Below, piece after piece: positions 53,601-64,000 of a DNA stretch of 64,000 nt. The notes beneath the pieces are model-generated. The model worked only from the letters and a program-made list of their open reading frames with translations. It was not told where the DNA came from and did not search any database. Every line of letters begins with the position of its first letter. Position 1 is the stretch's first letter. Position numbers and translations under genes: made by a program. The DNA comes from Tubulanus polymorphus (taxonomy: Eukaryota; Animalia; Nemertea): the NCBI RefSeq assembly GCF_964204645.1, contig NC_134035.1, positions 6,262,001 through 6,326,000 on the forward strand, in the 5' to 3' direction.

Positions 53601-56600
53601 ATAAACATGTATGTACATTAATGTGTGATGAGACTGGACTCAACTGGACACATCTTATATTATTGCTGGAACATGATTGTAGCATCAACACCGCTCTCTT
53701 AAAAAAACCGAAATTAATCATTGGCTAATTTCACTACACTCGGGCTGTAGTTCCACGAAGCTTTATACGACTAAATCATATCTTTGACGTCATTGAGGTC
53801 GTCATTAGTAATTAATCATAATTTTACTGAATCGTCGATGTTATTAGGAATGAGGAGCGCTTCGTGTGCCTGATAACTCCTGTTCAATGCACTGATATAC
53901 ACCTTCATAAGCTAAGCCGAAAATTCATCCTTTAACTTCGTTACTATGGTAACAATCATGGACGCTTCTTGAAAATGTGTGCTTTAATATCGTAATTAGT
54001 TAAAAATAATTTACAACGCTGAGTGAATAGACTGAGATGGACTTAATGTAGAAACAATTTTCTATTGGAGTTAGAATGACCCAAAAAATACGATTCAAAG
54101 GTCTTGTTATTTATGTCTATTACATTCGAGCGGAATAAACTCAACAGGGAATAATTACAATATTTAGGACCCCATACCATTCAAGCGTTTAGCTTCTCAT
54201 CGCAGCGATGTCACGCGTTGAAGTACGATATTTCGATTGGTTCAATGAAATTGGCGCTGCACGGAGAGCGCGCAGTCTCCAGTATAATGGGTGGCGCCTG
54301 GTCAAAATTATCAGACATGTTGAATGTCCGATTTCGCGGCTGCACGCGCTGAAGCTACCTCTAAACATCTCATGTGTTCGGAGATATTTTAACATTTTTG
54401 AAAAATGTTTTCCAAATTATGTTTCAAGGAATGCGTTTTTGTTTGTAAGAACGTAATGGGTTTAAGGCGCTGTTGTAAGACGCCATGTTGATGGTGAAAA
54501 CATTCCTTTTCTTCACGAAAACCGTTCGCAAACATCCCGAATCATGTCTCAATTATTCGTGCTACGGCCGGCGGCGAAATTTAGAAGGATTCTTGTCGGG
54601 GATTATTACATTTTCTCGATATTCAATTTCGGGGCGACCGTCACCGCGTATTTGTGTGTTCGGCACAGCGAAACGAAGACGAAACGCCGAGTGAAAGCTG
54701 GATGGAACTCCAGTCGGTCGAGCTCCATCGACGTTGCATTCAACAGATATCGGAGCCAGTAACAGAGTTCCTGCAACAGGAAATTGAATCCAGCCGCAGA
54801 AATTGGTTGCGGTTAAAATGTCAGGATCAACTTCTCTTTCTCTGCGCCGCCGAGCAGTTCTCTCCGTCCAAGACATTTGTCGTTAATCTGTAATCGCACT
54901 GTACATAGAGCTGGGTTTTAATTAATTCCAGTCTCTCCCTCGGCAATTTCGTCCTTTTCCCCTCCCCAAATATAGAAATTCCAGTGTTTTATTTTACGAA
55001 ATCTTTCACGCGCAGAGAAGCTTAGAGATCTTAGTGAACGAAATTTCCTCGTCCAATTAGAATTCCCGACGATTTAGAAAAAAAGCTCAACATTATTCGG
55101 AATTGTTGACACGAGTTAAAAATAGTTATAACCCGATTTAACCTAAGAAACAAACCTAAGAATATGCCTACCAATCACCGTGGAACTGGATTCAGGTGCT
55201 TTGTCTTTCAATGGGAAATTTTCGCATTCAGTCCAGCTTGTTGATGTATCTTGGGAAGCCACATTTGTAACGCTATACTTCATTTTTTAGCCTCTCGTTC
55301 ATCATGTATTTTATGCTCTCGCGAGATGTGCTTATGCGATTTGCGATCGCCTTATCGAATTCTGTCCAACTCAGTAAATTGATAGGTCCATAACCGATGG
55401 TCAACTGGCTCCAATATAACACAGGCCAAACGGGAAAATATTTCAGTTTTACATACGTATACTCTTAGACTACACGTCATGTAAGAATTTGATTAGGAAT
55501 TCCTTGTTCAGGACACCGTTACAAGTTTTTCATAAAACTGGATTCAGTTCCACTGATGTAGTGAGTCGAGTAAACTATGAGTTACAATTAGTTCATTTCA
55601 ACGAGTTAGCTCTCGGCCTCTATAAACATCGATGTTTTATCACCATGCTGAAAAATCCGATCATCCACACTTCAGGCCTATCCTATGGTGATCGTCGAGG
55701 GATTGGTTGGAACAGACATCCGATTAATACCCATACTGGATTTATAATTTGCTTTTTTATGAGGTCATATCAAATCTATTTGACCATTTAGCCTTCTGAT
55801 GCAACAGGATGCATATTGTCTGCATGCAACAGTGATGTGATGTGATGCAGTGATATATGCGTAGTTTACTATCTGCTTCACGGTTGACCGGTTACTGCTA
55901 ATGATATAACCAGCGACCACGACATTCCATCACAGCGTAGCAGGTTTTATCACCGGTTTATTAGTGACCACTCAGGTTCGGTGTGATGTGATCAGTCGTA
56001 ACAAATACATGTATCTCTGCAGATTGACCCTTCTCGGCTTCCAACTGTCTTAGATCGTACGTGAGGAAAAAAGCAAAGAGGTTAATCGAATGAATAGAGG
56101 CCGCGTGAAGGTTGTTTTTGATCTACTTGTCTTAATAACATCTGTCACTATAGCGGTAGTTGTTTGATCGGCGTATGGATGGCTGTGGATGGCTGTGGGC
56201 GGCAGTAGAGGCAGTGGATGGCTGTGGACGGCAGTGGTCGATGGCTGTGGATGGCAGTGGATGGCTGAGGACGGTAGTGGAGGCAGTATGGCTGTGGACG
56301 GCAGTGGACTACAAGCGGGCGTATGCAGACTTACCGCGCGTGACAACAAAAAAGAGACTCTGACTTCACTAACCTTTCACATATACAAGGAAACGACCGG
56401 TGATAAATATAAGTTAGGGTTCCTCATGAATCAGTGTTCGAAGCGAATCAGAAATATATATAGTCCTATTGTGCCTAAAAGTGCCCAATCGCATCGATTA
56501 AAACTAAAACTAAATTTCATAAAGTAGGCTTGCTGTGACATACTAGCGCATGGTCACCGTGTGAGGGACTATAATACCAGCCTTTGAGCAGTAGTGATAA

Positions 56601-59600
56601 GATACCTTTGGTCGAAATTATACTAGAGGCTGATGGACATTGGGACTAGGGGGGGGGGGGGGGTCATCATATTCCAGTTTAAAATATTCGTAAGTGAAAA
56701 TGATTCCGCTATGGAAAATAATTCGTATTCAGACTATGTTTTTGAGTAAAAATAATTCCATCTCCATCGAAATATTTTTTTATGGCTAAAATATCTTTGT
56801 TGTAAAAATGAGTTCGTGTTTTCCCACTAGCGCGAGCTAATCGATGCGTGCTACAACTAGGGAACATGTAAATTATAGTGTATATATGTAGTGTGTTGAC
56901 TAAAAGATTTCTTAGGTTTTGGATCCTATGGCTACAGCAGCTTGCTGTTATTGTATGCTTGTATTGCTATTTTGGTCAGATGTGGTGGTGTATATAAAAT
57001 GCAGAAGATAGTTGGTTTCCCTTTTAGGTGTATAGCCAGGCTATTAAACTAGACCTTACCCAAAAAATATTTATTTTTACATGGACAGGATGATGACGGA
57101 GGTCAATCAAGAGCCCTAACTTTTGACTGTGCAATATTTTGGATATTTTTGTTCCTAGTTTCACATTAACTTTATTCATGAACGTTGCCGATGACAGCAC
57201 CGCCATCCCACCATACCTAGTGGACGTAAAGTTCACAGGGGCTCTTGACGACATTTTGGGATTCAAAACCTAATTATTACCCACATGCTCTGACTGACGT
57301 GTCCATGAGGGCCCTACGGTAGAGTATCGATATTGCATTAGCCCCATTTAGTATTAATGCGAGGACTATACTCTTGGCTAGCAGCAGCAGCAGCGGCGGC
57401 GGCGGCGGCGGCAGCGGCAGCAGCAGCAGCAGTAGCAGACTAACTGCTACCACGAGCGCGCGCAAGAGCGGAAAACCCGAAATTATTTTCTACACTGCAA
57501 AATATTTTAGTCATTGGAATATTATGGAATTCCTCAAGGGCCACACGACTTACGAGTTACGTTTGACGAATTACGAGTTACGTTTTCATATGGCCCTTGA
57601 GGAATTCCATAGAATATACTTTAAAGGAAGGACATTTTCATACTTAGATTATTTTCTACTTACGAATATTTTTAACGTGATTATTTTTCATTATGGATTT
57701 ATTTTTACTGATCGTAAATATTTCGAAGGCGATATATTTTAACATAGTGACATTATTGTTATGTACTTTTTTTGAACGCGATTTATCTTTCATAGCGGAT
57801 TATTTTTCGATGGAATTCATTCTTTATCACGAAATTATTTTCACTGATCGATGGAAATTTATTCTTTTATGACGAAATTACTTTTTATCGAAATATAGTT
57901 TTATGGTCCTGGAATATAATTTACTTGATTTGAAATTTGTGAAAAAATGATGAGTTTTCGATAAGATCTACGTTACTGTTTACAACATGAAAATGTATCG
58001 ATTTTTTCAAGAGATCATCCTCTATTTTTCTCTGAACCTGTTGAAATGCGTTATACAGCAGTAACGAACCTGGGAGTTGTCTGCAGGTACGTCAATAAGA
58101 TCACTCAACCTAGCGATGGGTGCCCTTCGGCCAAACAAGCGGGTTTTGACAAAACGTGATTGCTTCTACATGAAACAAATCAACAATGCTAATACATAAG
58201 TTTTATGTTATCATCAATCAAAACATAGGATAACCATAACACACCCTCGCAGAACTCCAGGGGCCGGCTTTATAGACTATAGTAACCTGGGGCTAACTTA
58301 ATTCACTTTCAATTGAGTTAACCCCCGGGTTAAAGGTAGTTTATAAAACAGGTAGTTTATAAATGCAGTTTATAAAACCGGGCCCAGGTGCCATGACCGT
58401 GGCGGCTATCCGTGGCTATTGTAGTCAATCTGTGTGAAAATGAACACTTACATAAACAGGCGTTTTTTACAAATCGTTTCAGAAGACCCTCGCATTTTCG
58501 TCGTATGTGACCTCTATGATTCTCACATGAACACTTAAACAAGCCGTATGGTCTTATGTTCTCATAGGCCTGGATGCATTCACCCCTAGAAAGTAGATAA
58601 ATATCATATCATTAGAATTGATGAAATCCGAATTGAATAAAACCTGAATTCATTTTTTACGCTGCAAACGTATTTTAAAGGAAGGCGATTCGTTTAATGT
58701 AAGTTTTGCATTATGAGACCCAGGGAAAAGTCAACATAAACTTTTAAAATTATTTACACGTCTTGGTCTTTGAGAGCAGTTACGGGTATTGTCTGTAGAT
58801 TTGTGGAGATATTATGTATCGAATAAAACAAAAATATGATGCCGAAATCAAAGCAGATATCGAAGTAGAAGGTCGGATCGAATAAGTCAGGCGCAATGAA
58901 GAAAGTGATTGAGGCCAAAACCAAAAGATAACCGTACCTGCTTTCAGCGTAACATCTGCCACGCCTCACTTTACACGCTTGTCTGAATTGTCTGAGGTCT
59001 TGACCGCATTCATCATCCGATAGACACTCTTTCCGAAGGGCCACGCAACTAGGTCCCGAATCACGTGAACGTTTCTCCATGGTCGGCTCCCAAAGTTCGA
59101 CGTTGTAATCGTCACCGTCCTCGTCCAGCGATCTGATCAGAACTTCATCTTTACCTATATGACAATCGATTAAACAACACGGTGCTGTTATATATTTCAT
59201 CAAATCAAATTCGATTTGCAACTCACTATACGGACCCATTTAGACCGGTCTAACTAGTTGTCCTGTGAACGCGGCTTATTTAAAAAGCTTCGAGGGGTAA
59301 CGCTCCAAAAGTTTGGGTTCATGAAATTCAGGTGGTGAAGGTTGATGAAGTTTGTGATCGAAAATGTTTGAAATTTATGCGCATACATAATTTTGATTAA
59401 GCTGTAACTTATGAAATTAGGGGTGGATATCATTTTTGGAAATCAACCCCGATAGGAGGATAGTTTCAAACAAACATTTTCCGGGATCTGAAGGCAATTT
59501 TAGCGTTGATCTAAAAGTGTTGCATCGCCAAATAGATGGCTTTATGGGTTTTTTATATCCATTCTTGACACTTCTTTTCAGTGGGCTACCTGGAAATTGT

Positions 59601-60686
59601 ATGCCCGAGCGGCATTTCAATGATAATCCCAGTGTATAACGCGCTTGCCCCTTAAGACAGTAACATCGGCCACGGACAGTGTCGAAGTTTGTGAGAAGCG
59701 ATGTAAATAAAATGTTGGTGCTCTAGGCGCACACGAAGTATACACCGACTATATTATTTATTGTTCTGGTGATATATAAAATAATGTTTACACAAGTTGA
59801 CATTTAACATCAAAGACAGTCTCAATGTGTCTTGCCCCAGGTATTGACAATCCCTGGATAGGTACATATATCAGGTTGAGAGGCTTTACAGGGCTTTGTC
59901 TCATCCCCTTTCTAGTATTCACCACGCATAAATAGTATATACCTGCTGCCGTATAGTTGCAGCTTAACCTGGTTGAACGATAGGGTTAAAAAGGCCAGAA
60001 ATAACTAATTCATCTTCGATCATTTTTTTCTAGCGAGATTATGCTTGTATGTGTGATCAGTACGGTCAGCCCAACCCCGACACGGACACGGTTCACAACT
60101 CACGTACCTTCTTGATATATTTCGCCGCACGGATGTAGAAATACGTTATCTTTAAACGTTTCACAATCGGCATATCTATTCATATCGTGAGGACAATCAC
60201 AGTTCCTCAAATATTCGTGTTTAACTAGTTCTCTCAGCACAGAGCGACAGTGGTCTATACGAGTTGCTGTACATCGCAGTTTACCTGTGTGAAACAAAAA
60301 TACACCATCAAACTGGTCTAAATCTAAGCCTTCACGGCGAAACTGAGCCTGCGGACCCAGTTATTCGTAACCTTATTTTGACAGAAAACCCAGTATTGCA
60401 CCTCGATCCACTCGTCCAAAAGGGACCCTAAGCCATCAGACCAGTTTTCAGTGAGTTCGGCTCGAGAACGGGTCTGATAATGTTCTTAAACATTGACTAC
60501 GCAACTTGGGCCTGGTTTTATCCTATATAATTACTTAAAGGTTCTTACCGGAATCTCCACATAAAGTTGGCACTGATTGTAAAAGTGATTTACACTTGTT
60601 GTCTTTTAGGCAAGTTTCATTAGCAGTTAAACAATCTTCGGCGCGAATGAGATTCAATGCAGACACAAACACTAAAACAGACAGCC
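38659..60686 (-). CDS. Gfrl: GDNF family receptor alpha-like protein (Gfrl type): signal peptide, four GFRa/GAS1 Cys-rich domains, RECK-like FnI-type Cys modules and C-terminal domain, GPI signal; at least ~757 aa; ATG exon not located
   Basis: 14 GT-AG exons with consistent phases: 60549-60686, 60108-60284, 58938-59154, 58452-58585, 49237-49428, 47379-47700, 46097-46302, 45713-45832, 42181-42227, 40789-40909, 40503-40604, 39937-40067, 39040-39129, 38659-38934. The signal peptide ends LSVLVFVSALNLIRA. GFRa repeats are CLTANETCLKDNKC...CDC...C...HPC, CVALRKECLSDDEC...CSC...NAC, CYDAFGECNKDYLCRRK...FCTC and CVAVVRKCQADEICRRK...GTLLMTNCSC...NKC. The hydrophobic C-terminus is GSAASLKHSLACSFATVLAILFC. 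Confidence 0.88.
43440..43680 (+). repeat. 36-bp tandem duplication and a LINE-type 3' tail ending aataaa(tcgtaa)n
   Basis: tatatatagtattgtaaatagttgatgtatata occurs twice. The poly(A) signal is followed by about four copies of ATCGTA. Confidence 0.55.
52215..52750 (+). mobile_element. 5'-truncated CR1/L2-group (Daphne/Crack-like) LINE: ORF2 C-terminal CCHC zinc knuckle plus 3' UTR
   Basis: YQLENYL...IAKLRTSFHRLMIEKGRH...RLCDTCNCVEDELHFILTCSKFNDLR, with tail aataaactaacttgtaacttgta. It lies antisense within a Gfrl intron. Confidence 0.85.
56175..56310. repeat. ~10-bp G-rich minisatellite (TGGATGGCTG/TGGACGGCAG)
   Basis: Visible tandem array; it explains the spurious Pro/His and Gly/Trp ORFs here. 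Confidence 0.85.
57380..57437. repeat. Compound (CAG)n/(CGG)n microsatellite
   Basis: Visible run. Confidence 0.9.
57525..57609. mobile_element. 85-bp mini-MITE with perfect 19-bp TIRs and TA TSD
   Basis: TA|tggaattcctcaagggcca ... tggcccttgaggaattcca|TA, with an internal ttacgagttacgttt duplication. Confidence 0.75.
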
Positions 60687-63600
60687 CTAAAATATAAAGA
60701 ACAAAGAACTTCGTTATAATACAAATAGCGAGAGTGAGATGAGGAGAGCAACACGGAGGGCAATGAAAGCATTTGAAAACAATTCACTTTCAATATGTGA
60801 AACAAAACTTGAAGAAAATAATGTGAAAGGTCTGCCCAAAGTACCTACGAAAACGGCCCGCTCCTGTATGTGGTGCAATTGCAAATGTATGTTCCCACAC
60901 ATTATCATGTCTGCTTATATTTGGTTTCTCCGCTAAAATCTGACAGTTTGTAATAAAATGGACGCTAGTACACGATGATTAATGGAGATTGGAATTTGAT
61001 CTGTTTATATGAACCATTGCGATCACATGTTGTTTTTCGTATGACGCATTTATGAATTTTGATTAATAAAATTCATGATCACGACAGAAAATGACGGCGG
61101 AGAGACCTCTAAAAACTTTATTCGCGCTGAGTCACTGCGCGGCGCGCGATTCTCTCGTTCATTGAAACAAAAACCGTCATTTCAATACAATCTCCGCGTG
61201 TACGTGTATGCGGCGGGAATAAAGCCCTCGTAGCGCGAGCATTGTCTTCAACGGGTAATTCCGGAACTTATTGACGCCTTAAAACTCGTATAAACATCCT
61301 TCTCTCGTCGGATTGAGTAGCCGCCCGGCCGGCCGTCGCACTTGCGCGCGTATAAACGGGCGCTGTTCTTCTGTTATGAGTAACCGTCGTTTGAGACGCG
61401 ACGAGTTCAATTTGATAACTTCCGTCGTCATCGGATGGCATTCTTTTCTAACTAACAATCGCGACGCGATTTATCAATTTCATTTGCGGCCGACGTTCGA
61501 AAAAAATACCAATATTCGTTTTGAATTGTGTGTGAAGACTGATCATTGAAGTGTATACAGTCATTATCATAACTTATAATCACCCGATAACGATTGGGAA
61601 ATGTAGGATTTGATCAGCTGTTTTTGCGCCGTTTCTTATGATTGAATAATGAAAAACCGCTTATGAATAATTGAACAAATTGAATGTTAATCGCGTTTTA
61701 TCATCTCGCTGTATTCAATCTTTTAGTAATTCTAATCGGTTTCCTCGCTTCAACGACAAGCGAGTTTGACTGTATGACCTGCGCGCGCTGAGGGGTGGTT
61801 GAAAATAAACCCGTGTCCCAGGAAGAAGATAACGACTCTCTGTGAGGTTGGACGACGATTGCTTTTAGTAGAAAGTGAACTCAGTGCACGTATAGACCGC
61901 AAAACGCGTAAATAAGTGGGAATACAATACGGATATTTCGACTTCTTGACAACGAATATCGGTATCGTTTTCCTCTTGTCGCCTGGCCGCCCGAACACAC
62001 TCGAGTCGCAGAAACTATTCCACCATCATCACGTGGTGACCGGTTTATAGATACGGCACACCTGACGCATACTAATTACTGTTAGTCATTGTGTAAAGTG
62101 GTGTTCGTCGTGTAGGATTCCAACGAAAATGTGACGGCATTTCCTATTAAAGAGTGAATGAAGCGGTTCAATACTTTGTAATGGCGTAGAAAAATTATGA
62201 ACATTCAATAAGACCTAGTTAGATATCGAAAACGTAGTCTAAGTATCTATAGCCAATGGAACCCGTAAGATCAGTTGGTATTCAGATTGTACTAGGGTTA
62301 ATGGTAGTAGAACGGTTTTTGTTTAAAGCACAAAGTCGTCAGAAAACGCGCGGAATATGAAGTAAAAAGTGCGGCAATTAAAGCGGACGGATTTGTTTGG
62401 TTCACTGAAGGATACTCAGTCTCTCGCGCTGTCGGTATCAAAGTTACTTTCCAGTGCTTCAATTAATGAAAACCTGTCCGGTATAGTCTCTCGTTTACAC
62501 GGGTTTATACACGCGGCTCGGGCTGTAGTCGAGTTGACAATAATTGGGCTGAGAACTGACAGGCCCGGCGTGCTCTTAACGTCATCTCAATCGGGTATTA
62601 TAGAGAGCTGCAGCCGGACGCGGTAAAACACGTTCCTCATTAACTACAAGTGATGAACGCCGTCGCAGAAAACATTTGAAAACATTAGTAAACCATGGCT
62701 CTTCATACTCGACTATGAGAAATATACGGTGGAGATAAGGTCAGTGCGCGGTGATTGGGTAACCCTGGGCGAGGAAATGGGATCGGGTGTGGGCGTGAAC
62801 AGTTAGCCAGTTTGAAATAAATGATATAAAAGAAAACAACACCAAATATGCCACTGATTTGTAGATGAACCATGTATGGATATTTCTCCCATTCTCACAT
62901 TATTTATCTCTCCACCCACAATTCCTTCGTACCTCCCTACTTCCCCTATCCCTCATTCCCTCTCGTCTCCCTTCTCCCTCGTGACCCTTCTTTATGTCAA
63001 TGAAATTTTGGAAACGCTATATGAAGTCTTAATGATATGAGATAAAAGAGATTCATAAGTTTTAGAATCACGCAGAAAAAACTTCACTGGAATTTCACCA
63101 GATCTCGTTTGTCTACATATACAGTAAGAACTAGGTAGAGGGCCAAGTTGCACAGTCACGACTTAGATTTAAGACCAGTGAACTTAAGTCACGACTACTG
63201 CGACTGTGCCCAGATTTTGAAGCCGCGCAGGAGAAAATATCGCGTGCGTATTTTGCGCCGCGCATATTTTAGTGCAGAATAAAGGCCCACGCACAAGTCT
63301 CGTAAACCTTATCACATTTACTTGAATATAACGGAATTCCTCTATTCTCCATCGCAAGGGGAAAATAATGGTTTTATCAATTTAAATAAACCCATCATGG
63401 GAATTTGACGCTGCCCGTCGCAAATGCATTTTAGGTATGTGTGCGGGGATCTTACGTAAAACCAATCGTGTTCGTCCAACGTCTCACCATCTGTCCCCGT
63501 TAGTTACAGATGCTGGGAAATTGATGGAGTATCACTGGATATCTCTCTGTATACGGCTGCTGCATCCCCGTGAGTGCGATCAATTCTCTATTTTTTCTAG

Positions 63601-64000
63601 CTTTGCTACGAACAGCGGGCGTGCGATCGTGCGCGAGTTGAAATTAATCTCAAAGCATCAATGCCGCACAAACCGCGAAACGATTGTACCAGCCTAGTTA
63701 CAGCATGACTGGCTTCAAATTGAAATAATGGTAGATTTTGAAAGGCTATTGTATCATGTTTTTTTTATAAAACTGCCTATACTGACTGTACAGGAGAGTG
63801 TAACGCAAGTGTCGTCGCGGTATTACCGAGTCTCTGGTAATACCACCTTGACACTACACAGGCTGTATACGGGGTTAGAAACCTCCAAGCAGCTGAAATG
63901 ATTATTTAAACTTATAACGAATAATAATCGCTTTAGAATGTGCATAGAAACGGTGAAAAGTGACGACAATCATCAGGAGTTGGGATTACTAATCGCTTTT

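Noticed and set aside
56050-57742. Pro/His-, Gly/Trp- and poly-Ser/Gly/Leu ORFs
   Set aside because: They are explained by the 10-bp minisatellite and the CAG/CGG microsatellite.
60700-64000. Candidate ATG-bearing first exon of Gfrl
   Set aside because: No short ATG exon with a strong phase-1 donor could be singled out; it may lie outside the window.

Overview
This is eukaryotic, intron-rich, AT-rich genomic DNA from an animal, probably a marine invertebrate (inferred from gene and repeat content). I reconstructed four spliced genes by hand from GT-AG sites with consistent intron phases. (1) A FANCE-like gene on the minus strand runs off the left edge. (2) A ~485-aa death-domain plus NHL/beta-propeller protein lies on the minus strand at 5649-8341. 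(3) A head-to-head ~1217-aa secreted protein on the plus strand at 9142-19556 is built from five vWA / half-EGF / Ca-EGF modules. (4) A GPI-anchored GDNF-family-receptor-alpha-like gene (Gfrl type) on the minus strand at 38659-60686 has four GFRa/GAS1 domains and a C-terminal stalk that looks homologous to RECK. The gene-poor middle contains a 2.4-kb very AT-rich element at 29274-31696. It has Polinton/Maverick-type ends (AG...CT termini, 6-bp TSD, ~500-600 bp TIRs), and its outermost ~96 nt fold into parvovirus-like hairpins. Many MITEs, LINE 3' remnants and mini/microsatellites are also present. All family assignments come from manual motif recognition and recalled sequences; no searches were run.
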